Source: Trichoplax adhaerens
Taxonomy: Eukaryota > Animalia > Placozoa
Reading direction: 5' to 3'
DNA: 64,000 nt
Assembly (NCBI RefSeq): GCF_000150275.1
Contig: NW_002060947.1
Location: forward strand, 2,531,740-2,595,739
Positions 30,991 through 48,452 of the stretch are shown piece by piece (position 1 is the first letter of the stretch; the number at the start of each line of letters is the position of its first letter). The notes beneath the pieces were generated by a model, which saw only the letters and a list, made by a program, of their open reading frames with translations, searched no databases and had not been told where the DNA came from. Made by a program: the position numbers and the translations under genes.

Positions 30991-33368
30991 GGAGTTCTCT
31001 GGGTATAAGTGATTTTGCTTACCGGTACTTCACTGAGTATAAGTCTAGTACTAAATACCGCTATTATGTATTGTTATCGTATGTGATTACTTCGAAGTTG
31101 TATAATATTGTAATCTCTCGTAATAAACAACATTTGAATTAAATCCATATCGTGTATTTAAAAAAATTTCATGTTATAAATACAGTGATAATTATGGTAT
31201 ATATATATCATAAATTCGCTGTTATGTGCATATACATTATACTGTAGAGATTACTGCAATTAAACTTGCCGTATCGTACTATGTAACGAACCTCAAACCA
31301 CAAACTATGTTCGTGGACCTACACTTGTATAATAATGCTAATGTTTACAAATCATTATGAGTATTTGGTATTAGCCAAATAGAAATCAATTTTATTTTTG
31401 TCTATAATATTTATTAAGCGGTAGGAACGTTATACATTATATTGTATGTAGACTATGATTGTTCTCAAGCGATAACCATCGTTACCCTGTTATTAATTAA
31501 GCCTTGTGCCGGAGGTAGATTTAGAAAAGTGTTTAACAGCCGAAGTCTACTGCTTTACGACACCTTTTAGCTAGTACTGTAATTGAACATTTCGGTGTTT
31601 ATCGGTTCTTTTATAAGCAGTTCATTCAGTTTAAAGTTATTTAAGTGTTTGATTGCTCTTTTAATATTAATATTAGTGACCAGTTGAATACTTATTATGC
31701 TCTAATTTCGGTACCATGTGTAATTTTTTAGACCTTTATTCCATATGCTGTAATGTCTCATGCAACCTCTAACGTTCATCGTGCTGACTAAACAGAATAC
31801 ATATTAATAGCATAGCATGTATAATATTAGTATAACATCTCACTACATCCCCTTTCTCTTGGGCTTACGCGACTCGGGGTTCTACGGCTATTCCTCTATA
31901 TGATCTTGTCATGATTGGGCTTCGGGATCTCATTAATAAACTCTCATTTGAAGTACTTACAGCAATGGATCTCATCTTACAGAAAGTAGATGTTGATTCG
32001 TCACCTACAGTAGATGAAGTATTTGTGCATGCATATTCTAGTACATCCGTATGAAGAGTGGTCTAGTTATGTCTGTTACTTCCTTCTTTCCTATTCTGAG
32101 TGCTTATGAAATCAGTCTCTCCTCTGTCTACTATTGTGCCGTCTGTTGTGTATTTTCGTGGGGAACAGGTTCGAACTCAAAGAAATACACGTGCTTCTTT
32201 TTCTAAGCTACAAGCTAACTTTATTCCGCATTACTTCTGTGGTTACCGCAATAATCCCGCAGTCTTCATTCCAATACCGCTATATATATTGTATGCATAC
32301 AATGCACAATTTCCGCATAGCGATTCTACGCTTGCGCATAATACCAATACCTAATCATATGATAAACCCTTAATCGTTATCATTCCATACATATTATCGT
32401 TTAACAGTATCTATAGATACGAACCGAGTCAGTCAAACAGTGCTACCTTACTATACTAACATTAACCAAGTCTAAGATTCAGATATATGACACCGTCCTA
32501 TGAAAGTTTCTTATCTCCTCATCTGATGATGTTTAGTATTGTGTACACGCGTTTATTGCTAGTAGATTATTTTATTGTGTACTGTTTATGATGTATGAGT
32601 TTGATTGCATAATATACGAATTTAAATTGTTGATTTAGTGGTTATGGGTTACTCAGATGTATATGTATACCTTGAGTCTGACAGAGCAATTTAACTGAAT
32701 AACGCTACAATATTATAGTGCTTAGCAACAGCATTTTGAAATATTCAAACATGGGGACTCCGATCTTGTTAATTAGTAAATTAGTAACTTTAAATTATTA
32801 AAATATATAATACAGCACGTACATTGCACAGCCACTGTTAGGGTTAGGGTTATTGTACACGTATGCTAAAAAGAATCGAAAGCGACAGTGCCTAGCAGCG
32901 TTGAACAACATTTATATCGTAGAGGTATGGTATGGACTATTAGAAGAAAATCACTAATGGTCTATGATAGAGGTAACACAATTCAGACCCTTGTTTTACC
33001 TCTATGATGTATATCGTACAATTCATCGTACCATGAATACACCTGTCCGTGATACCTAACACCGTTACATTAGTGTAATAAGGTCGACTATCTCTTATTC
33101 TGCTCTACTGCTACAGCTCACAATAAAGTTAGTCCAACTGAGCAGAGATAAAAGTCTGCTTTATTACAGTTTATAAAAATTGTAGGCTCGCGATAGGCTA
33201 GTCTAAAAATGAGAAAATATGTTTACTTCAAACTCACTACAAGTAGTACTAGTGCTTGCGACGTATACACGGTTGAATGCTCTTGAAACGTATAAAAATT
33301 GAATGTAATGGGAAATATTTAGTAGTCTATGGTCTAAGATACTATCTTGATTTTGGCAGCTTGTAGTC

Positions 33369-33477
33369 CCGTCTTGCTGTAGTAAAGACATTGAGCTTAT
33401 AAAAGATAAAGATTAACATGACGTCTGGCCGTCTTGCTGTAGTAAAAATATTGAGCATATGTAAGATTAACATGACG
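33369..33477. repeat. Imperfect ~55-bp tandem duplication (2 copies) between MITE-end-like motifs
   Basis: ccgtcttgctgtagtaaa.a.attgagc.tat...aagattaacatgacg at 33369 and 33429. agtagtctatg lies at 33321 and catggactactactag at 33491. Confidence 0.8.
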
Positions 33478-33744
33478 AATATCGTAATGTCATGGACTAC
33501 TACTAGTAGAATTGAATAGTATTGTAATTCTTGCTTTAAATGTACTGTACTGTAGATCATTCATAAATGGGGATATAACGGTCAGTGATACTTTCATTAT
33601 TTATGGACTTAAGAGTAAGTTTAACTTTCTAACTTTACCAGATCCAGATTTTTCAGAGTCTCTCCATCAACCTAATATATCATTCTATTATAGCTTTACT
33701 GTATTTTTAAAGAAAAATATTGTCCGAAAGTGACAAAATGTTAC

Positions 33745-33960
33745 GGTACACACTGTAGTACTGTACTGTACATTTACAGTACTGTACACTACATACTGTA
33801 CACTACACATTGTACTGTAGTACATTGCTCCAGTACTGTACAGTACAGTACAGTACAGTACAGTACAATATACTGTACTGTAGTTAAATTCGACAGGTCT
33901 GTAGTACTGTATGTAGCTTGATTTTGTCACTCGTGTTTACTGTGTACAGTACGTAGTACA
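33745..33960. repeat. CAGTA/CTGTA pentamer array immediately upstream of MAN1A
   Basis: Includes the run ctgta(cagta)5 and mixed-orientation units, ending ~55 bp before the ATG. Confidence 0.9.
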
Positions 33961-34015
33961 AATGGTTTGATTTATCGCTGAAATATTAGGAATTGAATCG
34001 TTTATTTTAGGCTAA

Positions 34016-37187
<3,172 letters not shown>

Positions 37188-39082
37188 GGAGATCTGTATA
37201 GACTATCCTTTTACCCCTGCCTATCTTTTGCAGATACAACATAAACAATTTGATCATTTTTCTAACGCACCTGGATTTTAATATTTGGCGTTCTCCTAAA
37301 ACTAAGCTACAGGCGCTATTTAACTTGAAATTATTTTTCACATACGCCGTCGTGTATTTTTAATGGTATAAGACGAGATTGGATCGATTGATATTCAGGA
37401 ATATTTTATGTTGTCTACAAAGATGTTTGAAGAATGTGGTAATTTCGATTGGATACTTAAAGAAGTTGAATGCAAAGTGATCTAGATATTGGATTGCTTA
37501 AAATAATTCGTATATATTATGTTTGCAATTTCGTATTGATTTTTATCATATGCTCGTCTAAATGCAGTTTTATCAAGGTTCAGAATGACCACGAATTATG
37601 ATGTAGTTATTGTAGAAATTTTTTAATAAACAGACGTTTGTTTCTGAATTTAGAATCTAGAGTCTGTCTTCTAAGCGGTTTAGTTTAAAAAACTCCCTGG
37701 TTAATTGCTATATTAAGTTGTATTGTAAATTATATTAGTCTTTTAAGAAATAGTCTCTGTAGACTATTGAAACTTTGCAATAAAACTATATCGACATTCT
37801 ATACTTTGTAGCCTTTAAATTGTTTGTCAGTTATTTTATGCTATGATTTAGGGATGTTTTTGTTATGCACATGTTTTATATGATTAAGTAGACTGCTAAA
37901 GCAGCTACAAACTGAATATCTATAAATTTTACGTTGAATTAAGATGAAATATGATGAGAAGTAATCTTGGTTAGTAAGTTATCAAGACTCCGTAATGAAA
38001 TAGATACAGGATGTTTGTTAGTACGACGATTAACTTTTACTTTAGTTAGCTAATTTTATACATCGCAGCTATCGTTAGTTGGCTACCGATTATCGGGAAT
38101 ATTAGAATTATTTTTATCATTATAAATACTTCGAATATCCTGTAAGACAATTTATATAACATAACAAGACTTAGCACGTAAGAAATTTAATTAGAGTCGT
38201 TAAGTCTGTTCGAAGTATCAACACATTAGATAAAAAGTTCAATTTCTGATATCTGCTAGTCGACACTAAGGTGCCTTTCTTCGAAGTGATTTTACATACG
38301 TATATATTTTTATTGTGTCCAGAATTCTGGACTGCATCAAACTTCATAATTGAAATTTTAAACTGATAGTTAAATGAATGCTATTCTATGAGTCTACAGT
38401 AGTGTGAAGGATTCTGCAAAGAAATCTTTTGGATATTGATTTAATATTTGAAAAAGCTTAAGTTTTGCTTACATGCTGTAAGAGTTTTTAAAGCGAATAA
38501 TCTTATTCTTTGTTTAGCAACCGATCTAGTACAAACTGTCAGTAGTCATCTAATAAGAATAGTAAATGAGTTTATCAATAAATAAATATGCGTATATTGG
38601 ACATTTATATTTAAATACATGTATCGACGGTTCTAAGGTTGGTAGATCGTTAAACTCGAAAAGTTAATGTGTTTGGAAACTACCGTCTAATTATCTCGCC
38701 TTTAAAAACATAGTGATACTCGCATATCCAAAAAATGTAGGCAAGGTAAATGCAGGAAAAATCTAAATGTTAGCATTCAAATCGCTTTAAAGGAACAGTC
38801 ATTTACATCTATAATCGTTATGCTATGAGCTAACATGTAGGTTAAGCATTGTACGTGCGGTATCGTAGGTATATCAGGAATTTATTGGAGAAGTATAATT
38901 TTTATTGGATTGTTTAATTGCTTGCGATATATAATATCAATAGAGAATTTATAGGGCAATGAAACATCATATCGCGGAAAGGATAGCTTTGTAAAGAAAA
39001 TGTTATTCTAGGAACTAAAATCATAAAAGAGTAACAAAATATCAAATCGGCTATGACGGGTAACTTAAATAAAATATTGTCC

Positions 39083-42000
39083 TCATTTGTTGGAAACAAT
39101 TTCATCCAATTTCTTCGCAACTACGCCTGGAAGTGGGCGATGCTCTTGTTTTTCTGACCAACAGAGCGTCATAAGATTCCAGCAATCATCACTAAAGAAC
39201 TGTAACTTTTCAGGACGACCACCAGATGCAACAAATCGCCATAAGTCCGTTTTCCTTTTGAAGTTGTTGTATGCATCAGGTAGAGTTACCTTACCAGCAC
39301 ATAGGTACCTAAAATCAAATGGATAAAATAAATGCGAGCTGTTATTTGGTAAATCTTCAAGACCTAATGTGGACTCTTAATCTTTACGTAATCAGAAATA
39401 AATACCAGAATAAGATACCAAACGCATATATGTCGACACTACTTTCATATTTTCCATCAAATACTTCCGGAGCCATATGAATAGGGGTACCAACTATACT
39501 GCCATTTATCATGGATTCAGGTTTGCAAAATCCTAGATCGCTAATTTTAGCTCTGTTCGATTTATCTAGCTATGTAAAAGTTAATATAAATTTCATTTAC
39601 TTCAAATTTTAGCAAATATCTACTAAGTGCGCTCCGCAACACATTATTGAATGAAGGAATCCATCGGCTCACCAAAACATTTTTTAATTTTATATCACGA
39701 TGAATTAATCCTTGGCTATGAAGAAATCGAATACCACTAATTACATCAACAGCTACCTATACCAAATATAAAATATTACATTGAGACGCTAAGACATCAG
39801 GTAAAAATCGTCAATTAGGTAAGTATAGTTGAATACTACCATAAATTACCTGCAAACGTTGATCTATTGTCAATCCTCGCCTTATTCCGCTATGTAAATC
39901 TCGATGCAATCTTTCAATTACTAAACATACAGCAACCTTGTGGGAGCTATATGAGCCATCAATAACAGAACCATAGAAGCTCACTATTCTTTCGTGATGT
40001 GGTAGATTTCTAAATAAGTACGATTAAAGAATGTGCCAAAATGTCCAATTCAATTTATAAGTCTGGAGTATATGTATGTAAAAGTAAATAAGATTATCGT
40101 TAGCTTGGAACCTTGCATAGTGAAATTCCAAGGCTAAATCATTGAAGTGTCTGTCATCTGGGGGTACTACGGACTTCAAACAGCATCGTGCATGACCAGC
40201 CCATGATCCTTGTACGGCATATACAACTCCATATTGTCCTCTACCTAATTCTCTACCACGCTGCGGAATCCCGTACTTACACAGATGGTATAAGGAAGTG
40301 CTAGTCAAAGAAAGACGCGCTAGCGTAGGCGCATAATAGGTCCGAACCTAAAATTAAATCGATAGTAATGCTATAACGTGGACCTTTTAGTAATACGTTA
40401 CATGGTATGTGTAACAAATGTAATCTTGACGTTATGTTTACGTTGGAAGTGATGTTAGTAGCGAAACAAACAACGGGCATGGCAAAGGATAATAAAAACG
40501 AAAAAAGTTAGGTTTTACCATTACCTCGGATAATCTTTCCTCGGTGGTAGTTATTCTGGTTCTGTGCCGATTTTCCAACATAGTTAACGCGGCGGTGAAA
40601 GTCTCATGCGATTTCTTAATTCTTTGCTTTAAATGGTTGGAAGCTTGTTTGGTGAATTGCGATATATTGATTGATTGTAAGGCTTCTAACGCAATGTTAC
40701 TTTTCCATTTCTTATCAATTACCGGTAAATCACCTCTTCTGATAGACTTAAAAGTAGATTTGATTTCATCCAATACGACTTTAATAATGGATGTAGTATG
40801 GGATACCGGCATGTCGACCTGAATAATAGATAAAAGATAGCGCAGATATATTGCAGCATCCTTTATCTACGTAAGCGAGAAATCTCGCGCTTTTTAAAAC
40901 TGTACCTCTTTACCTCATATGCTACATCCAAGAATTCCTTTAGTGCTCGGCTAGCTCGGATTACTTCATGGTCTGCAGGTTGATTATTATTATTTACTTC
41001 TAAGTGTTCTACGCAACGTTTTAATGTTCCAGTAAAAGATTCTTGCAGTAGTTTGATTGATGCTACAATTTTTGAGGATATTTTCTTATAAAGCTCATCA
41101 TATACAATCCTGCCATTGAATAATCGTAATGAAATATAGATAGAATCTTAAGAAAGACAGTTTAATTGACATATGACCGAAGATTGAAGTTTGAGTGACG
41201 TTAGAATGTAAGTATAAACCTAAGATGTTTCATAATAAAACCAGTTGCCACTCACTTTTCCACAAACTTTGTTATATGTTGTAATTGCACCCAAGTCTTT
41301 GGTTTATTATCTTTATTAAGGAAATCGTTGGGTATTTCTACATTGATGACTTTTTCAACTATACTACTAGACCATCCTTGTACAGCTTCGTTTATGGCTT
41401 CATTAAACTCCTGCAAAAACAGTGAAATTGTGCTGTGCATTGTTTCGATATTTTATAACTACTATATTATTATTTTAAATTATCAAATTAATGTATTAAT
41501 CGTTCTCTTCGTCTAATTTATGTCATACCTTCTCCTTTTCACTAGTTATTTCGAGTAAACAACTATATAATTTTCTTTCGTGGTCTTTTACATAACGTAC
41601 TCTCTTGGGAGTAATTTTCATATAACGTGACATATCTAACGTGTAAACATGCAGCATCTTCAGGTATCTTGTGCTAGTTAGATTTAGTAATGCCGTCAAG
41701 TTGCTTAGATTCCAGTGTAACACTTTGTAACTGAACACTGCTAATTTAAATAAAAAATCTGATGATGAGGCAACAGTAACACAAATTTGGTTGCTTGAGA
41801 ATTCGGATAATGGAACGACATCTTCTGTAAAATACAATTTCGTTATTTACTGCACTTTGATAAAATTATAATTATTTAATACTATTTATGATTTCGGTAA
41901 TTATTATCTCGATATCGGTAAGCTATTGACTAGTTTTTAAATCTGCAAAGATATATATTGCAAACAAGGTACTGTAATCAATTTAGCTTTTATTCATAGT

Positions 42001-44986
42001 GACGCGGTGAACGTAATTAATACGAATATCACGCAGGCGTTTCAAAATTTATTTTACCCTACCTATTATACAGTAGTCTTCCGATAGTAATGTGAATCCC
42101 ATTTGAGTTAATTGATGGCGTATTTCATCGAGATTATGAGTACCATTTGGTGAAAGACTGTTGTTACAGAAAGGCACCTTATGAGATGAAATGGAAAAAC
42201 TGTCAACGGTTTCGAGGATGTAATCATCGTCGTTAATATATTCGTCGTCTTCAAAAATATCATTAAAATCTTCGCGGCAGATGACTAGTAAAATTGGCCA
42301 GTCGTCGGCTGCTTCCTTAAGTAACTTGATCTTTTTCTCATCCTGTTGTATAATAGCGAAATAAAAGTTACTAGTTACATAAATTGTGGAACTGGAATGG
42401 TAAATTACTCATATGAAGCTATAAACTAGAATACAGTAATAGTTAATAACTGTATACTAATTATAATTGCGTCTGGTTGTGTAAACGGTTAATATCCTCA
42501 AAATAGTCGTAAAATGTAATGCTGTTATCTGACATATCGATATCTATTTAATGGTGAGATTTGTCGCAGTTGCCCTAACCAGGGACTCTAGGAGTCTGCC
42601 TAACCCTGACCCCAGTGACGCCTTAGGTTAAGGGCATAGTCGTATACGAAAAAATGACGATAGGTGAATTATAATTATATAATCATACTGCTGCTTTATA
42701 CTATACTATAATAAATAAAGGTAGTAAAAGTACAATAAAGTTTATGCAAACTGAAATATCCTACTCTGTAAACAAGTGCTGTATGCAAAGTATCAAAAGC
42801 ATGGGTTCGGCATGTAACAATAACAATTAGCATGACCTTATACTGCACCAATAGTGTACCATTTTAAAGCTAGTAATCTCTGGTTATTATTGCAAGAATG
42901 ATTCTAGTCAAAATAATATATAACAAGGTAACGATGAGCTACCAGTTAACTATTTATTTCTTAATTATAATTATACATTGGGTTACAATATCATCCAATG
43001 GTTATTAAACGGCAATGTCATTACTGATGATTTAATGATTAGAGAATAGTTCATCGATAATATAGCATACCACCTATACTGGTAGCAGTGTTAATGTCAT
43101 TGGAACGATACGCTACCAAAAGTATGATAATAACATGTAGGCAAATCAAAAAGTACCTCCATAGATGCAATGAATTACGGTAACAGCTGTATTGATAATT
43201 TAGCAACTGTAAAGTTAACGTATATTTATCCAACAGAAGGCTTAACGATACATCTGAGGTTTTTAGAATCCTTTAAATGCCAAGACAAATATGATCTAAC
43301 TGTAAATAGCTGAAAATTTCATTTATTATAGTTCCGCATACAGCTTTATAGGGCATAACTGTAAATAATTTAATTTATAGTCTTATACGATTTTATAGGG
43401 TGTATTGAATGGTGTCGTTAATAAAGAACGGCGAAGCATACTCATATCAGTTATTGTACAAATTTGAGGAAGGCTGCTAACGTACAGGATTATTGCAATG
43501 ATAATGCTTAAATGAGTTTATTTGTAGCGTATACTGTAATTCCAAACTATGATTGACTGTTTTTAATTTTGAAACCCTTATTATAGGTACTACACAGTTA
43601 AAATGCTTATGTAATGAAGGTAACAATTAGTCATAATTAGTTATCATGAATGTCTACTACCCTAGGCAATCAAATTTATGTTGTAATCTGAGCGTATTGC
43701 ATATGTCTGTCAGAAACATATCGTTACTATCTTACGCTAGAATTCTCCGATGCACCGATGTACGGTATTTGGACACTTTTAGATTGTTCGGATCAGATCA
43801 CGTAGCAATTAGCAATGTTGTGAAATCATCATTTCTAGTATTAAGCTTGAGTAGATAATTTATTTTATAATAATACTGATGGCTAAAAGTTTCAGCGTCT
43901 TGGTTTAAAGTAAACGAGCAACAGCACAATACCATAGTGAAAATTTTATTGTATGTGTCAAGTAATCAAAGTGAAAGAAATACCCGTATTGAATACGTAT
44001 AGGCGTTATTTGTTGGAATATGGTTACACCTTAATTCGGTATACGCTTATGTACGCGTATTTTCGCTATGGGTAGAGGAAAATAAAAGTTCTATAATAAA
44101 TACTAATATAAACTACAATGATTTAAAAGATTGATGTTATTTAATTATACAGTATAATTTGTGGTGTAATACTGGTGTAATTAAAAATGTAAATTCAGTC
44201 TTTAGCCGTAATAAGCACTAGTGCGGTTTATTGTATTTGTTTCCGGTACTGTACCTTTTCTGTAATGATTGCTTTTTCGAGTAAGTAAACATAAATTGGC
44301 AATCCTTCGCTCGCTAGTTGCTTCATAGAGATTTGATTTTCATTCTTCAAGGGGTAAGTTGCACTACAGCAAATCTGAACACCTCTTTTTAATAGCTTAT
44401 TGCGACAATCAATGCACAAAATTCTATCGACCGGAGTAGTATCGTTTGCAGTTTCTTCAGGGCTGATTTGAAGATCAGCAGGTGCGATATTATCATTGCT
44501 TAAAACAGTCACATCGGTTGAACAAGCTTGAAACGATTCACAATTTGCATCTGTTCGGCTATCCCCGGTCGCTGAATTAGTGGTTGCGTGATGACCATAT
44601 TTAATATTAATCGACTTCCATCCTAGTGCTTTGGTGCGTTCATCAGTACTACTCTTTACGTGCGAAAATTTTTCAATCATGTTATCATGTACGTCTGGAA
44701 TCAAATGATAGCCGAGTATGAAGTTAGCCATTGAGTATTTGATTTTAGCTGAAAGTCCATCTAAGACAAATTTCGGGATTTTGTATAGTTGGTTTTGTAA
44801 TTCTTCCTTTTCTTTCATTTTCATAAAGCCTCCCAAAATATCTTTAAATACGGGATCGAAGTGTTTACCATAATCTTCAAGTTTTTCAAAAATCTTCACG
44901 GTGTCAATGTAGGTTTTTCTAAGTAATGATAAATTGGTGTTGTAATCAGTAATAGCCTCGCAAAGTTTATGTCTTTGATGAGGCAT
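39083..44986 (-). CDS. DSTYK: Dual serine/threonine and tyrosine protein kinase (DSTYK/RIPK5 orthologue)
   Basis: [85 protein letters not shown] long N-terminal non-kinase region is present. DLG in place of DFG is typical of DSTYK. Confidence 0.93.
42580..42598. mobile_element. Minimal TIR-only remnant of the P-like MITE in a DSTYK intron
   Basis: cagggactctaggagtctg flanked by cctaac(c) direct repeats. Confidence 0.5.
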
Positions 44987-46739
44987 ACTGAGGAGTGATT
45001 CATCAATGCAACTGAACGAATACCGTTTAAGTTTACAATGCTGTAGCAACAGTACTTTTGACAGAGGTCATTACTTTACCGTACTAATATTACCGCACAA
45101 CAACCAAAATACAATTCGAAATATGAAATTAAGGATAATCTATTTGAATAAAATGTAATTACTGTAAATTGTCTTCGTCTCAATTTTATGTTACAACAGT
45201 AGTATCTCTTCACAAGATACACGATAAGTAAAATTGAATAATTTAATTTAATTAATTTAATTAATTAATTGAAATACAGTAATAAACTACTGTACTGTAC
45301 TGTACACTGTGTACAGTACTGTATCTGTTGATTTTAGATTACTGATACTACTGTACAGTACAGTAAGTTAAGTACTGTGCAGCACTACAGCATCAGCAAC
45401 ATTGCGGAGACAATATTGCGATGAGCGCATTGCGTTCAGGTTATTTATTCATTATTTACTTATTATTTATTTATTTATGTTTATATTCTCTCCCTTTTCT
45501 TTAGAAGTCTCTGATGATAATATTGTCGTGATCCCTAAAAATTAAATTCCTATGGATTAGCACACTTAACTAGTTCACGGCTTATTGCAATTTGCAGCAA
45601 ACATGGGGGTCAACAGCAGTACAGCACCCTGCAACGGGTTCGTTATTTCCACTCAACGATAATACAGTATTTTCATTCTTCGTAACCGTACGTACTCGTA
45701 CATACAGTACTGTACAGTAGTATCACTAGTGTGGTAATTGTCACTAAGTTAATCTTTATTATTAGTGATTAATTTTTTTCATTTGCGGTTAATTGGTCAC
45801 AATTAGTCATAATCACCATAACTGTACTGTACTGTACCGTGTGGCCTGTGTATAAATATGAGACCTGACTGTACTGTATAGTACTGTATTCATATTCACA
45901 AATAGCCCACAGTACAGTACAGTACATTGTACAGTGTACACCCGCACAGTACTGTACAGTATATTGTGTTATGGTATTACTGTATGTATTGTGTGCGTAC
46001 AGTACAGTATAGTGTTTCTATTAGTTTTTAGGTCTAATTTACGCTTCTTCCTCCTTGTACATAAATTTCGTCGTAAAAGCAAAAATCGACATGCACATTG
46101 GCAGTGGCTGTGCAGTAAGTTAGGATTGTCGGTCACTAAATATCAGCGTGGAAATCTACTGTACTGTACTGTATAATGCCTATAAGAACAGCAAACAATA
46201 CCTGCGGTTATCACCTAAAATCTAACACTAAGCACGGGGAGAATAGGATCTGAACCAGTAGATATACTGTACTGTACATTTAGTGTACAATAGGAACATT
46301 TAATAAAATTAGTTAATGATAGCTCGTAACTGGTCATGCGAATTCATAGAAGTGAATATAGTCTTGCTTGCTTATCTCGTATTAGTATGAGGCAGTTCTG
46401 TAGGATTGTACGGGAATTCATAATAAGTTGCAATAATTATAATTATAGTTAAAAATTGAACTTATAATATTTATATCATGTAGAATTGAATCAGGAGTTA
46501 TTATTACCAGTATGGTCAAAACCCGAGAGTACTGTACACTTGTACAGTGTACATACGGTACAGTTCAGTATAATCCTACACTAGTGCGAGTTATCACAGG
46601 TTACTACATCTAAAGAGTATAAATCTTTTACTCTTTAGTATGATAATGGCGATAGTAGTGATTATATTTTATACTTGATTTGAAATGTTTATACAGTACG
46701 TAAAAAGGCGGTTAGAGTACTGTACAGTACAGTACAGTA

Positions 46740-46906
46740 TAAGGTGTAGAATTTCTTTCTAGATAAATCAGTGAATATTTTTATGATTTATTTTCGAATA
46801 AAACCCATAAAACTGTATATCTGCTATATTAAATTTAAATAGAATCGACCAAGTTTTGATCATTTTATCTGTTTTTTTTAAATCTAGATCGAATTTCTAC
46901 ACCCTG
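46740..46906. mobile_element. Tc1/mariner-type MITE (~167 bp) with TA flanks
   Basis: Left ta|taaggtgtagaatttctttctaga versus right tctagatcgaatttctacaccctg|ta; consensus end TA|CAGGGTGTAGAAATT. Confidence 0.65.
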
Positions 46907-47176
46907 TACAGTGTACAGTACCTATAAGTACTGTATAGTGTACAGTACTGTACAGTACACATATACGTATTTACATTGTCTAAAAGTACAGTACAGTATT
47001 CGCATAAATTTACGGTATTTGATGAGATTGCAAAAGAGGTTACCATTAATATCCATTTAGTTATTTATTTATATATTCGGTACAGTACAGTACAGTACTG
47101 TACACATAAATTTTGTTTATTGATGTGCTGTACTGTACTGTACTATACGCTCTGCAGTAAAATCAGTACAGTACTA

Positions 47177-47254
47177 TAAATAAATGAATACAAGTTACGT
47201 ACTGTACTGTACACTTGTACAGTATACTGTACGTAACTTGTATTCATTTATTTA
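47177..47254. repeat. Perfect 26-bp inverted repeat with a pentamer-filled loop
   Basis: taaataaatgaatacaagttacgtac (47177-47202) and gtacgtaacttgtattcatttattta (47229-47254). Confidence 0.9.
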
Positions 47255-47329
47255 TTTACTTAATCAAGCACATCCATCAGGATACTGTACTAATACGCAT
47301 ACAGTACTGATGGCTGTAGTAAGTACGGT

Positions 47330-47377
47330 CAATGACTACTAAATCTTACCATACTGTATAAGATTTAATAGTCCATG
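47330..47377. mobile_element. TIR-only remnant of the P-like MITE, TSD GTAC(G/C)GT
   Basis: caatgactactaaatctta...taagatttaatagtccatg flanked by gtacggt and gtaccgt. Confidence 0.7.
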
Positions 47378-48038
47378 GTACCGTACACTGTACAGCCCAG
47401 TATCAACACTGGTACAGACACACAATGCGGGACGGGGCTGAAAGTTTTTTTCGTTTATAGTCCCTGGTACAGTACAGTATGGTCTCTGTATCGAGAATGC
47501 CCATTTTTCATTTGCATATTCGTCCGCTATTATACTGTACAGTACAGTATACAGTAATGCCCCGAATTAGGGCATTAGAGATTGCAATGAACGGTTTTGT
47601 AGTAGTTTACTGCAATTTATGATATTTTGATAGTTATACGGTAAGCAGATAGCACGATACAGCACAAATACTTACAGATTGCGTCAGCATTATAGAGCAG
47701 TGATGTCCCCCTCTATTATCGTGAGTACTGTATTAAAACGATCCTGTCATATGCTTGATCAATTAGCTAGGACTAATTTTCTCTTGACGCTAATACAAAT
47801 TGACGTAAACAGCTACTGCGCAGTACACTACATACTATACAGTACTGTACTGTATTGTTATATCGGATCGCGCGCTTCTTTTGCCGTACAGTACTGTACA
47901 GTACATGTACTGTATTGTACTTACAGTACAGTACTATACAGAGAGCGTGTAGAAATTTAACTCAGATTTTTCAAAGTGAAATAAAAATGGCAAAAGTTCG
48001 TGGATTTTATTTAATTTTTTTATTGTACAAAGTACGGT

Positions 48039-48452
48039 CAGGGATTACTAAGAAGAAAGAGAGGGACCGATAACGGTCGTTCAGTATATTAAAAATGAGT
48101 GGTCTGACTATTTTGCTGGTCATCTCAGCTGAACCGTATGTCTGGAACCATACACTATACTGTACTGTACTATCCAAGATTTTCGTCCAAATTAGCCGCT
48201 TGGTTGGTTTTGTACTGTATATATTGTACAGTGTTAGTATACGGTTTCGGTAGTAGAGTACTGTACTGTATACTGTATAGTACTGTACAGTACAGTACAG
48301 TATATTAGAATGATCAGAAAAATGATAAGCTCACTATTATTTTGCACTGAATGGTCGCTAGACCTGACAAAGGTTCGGTTCGGTTCAAACCGTTATGATC
48401 TATATTGGTCGCTACCGCGTCCCTCTCTCTTTCTACACTGTCGTAGTCCCTG
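48039..48452. mobile_element. Full-length P/Galileo-like MITE (414 bp), perfect 7-bp TSD GTACGGT
   Basis: Left cagggattactaagaagaaagagagggac and right gtccctctctctttcta(cactgtc)gtagtccctg, with gtacggt at 48032-48038 and 48453-48459. Confidence 0.85.

Noticed and set aside
31960-32062. Open exon-like segment on the minus strand (TTLHTDVLEYAC...)
   Set aside because: No partner exons or homology could be identified.
32838-32852. TTAGGG x2.5 (also CCCTAA-like motifs near 42573 and 59501)
   Set aside because: Too short to call an interstitial telomere or healing site.
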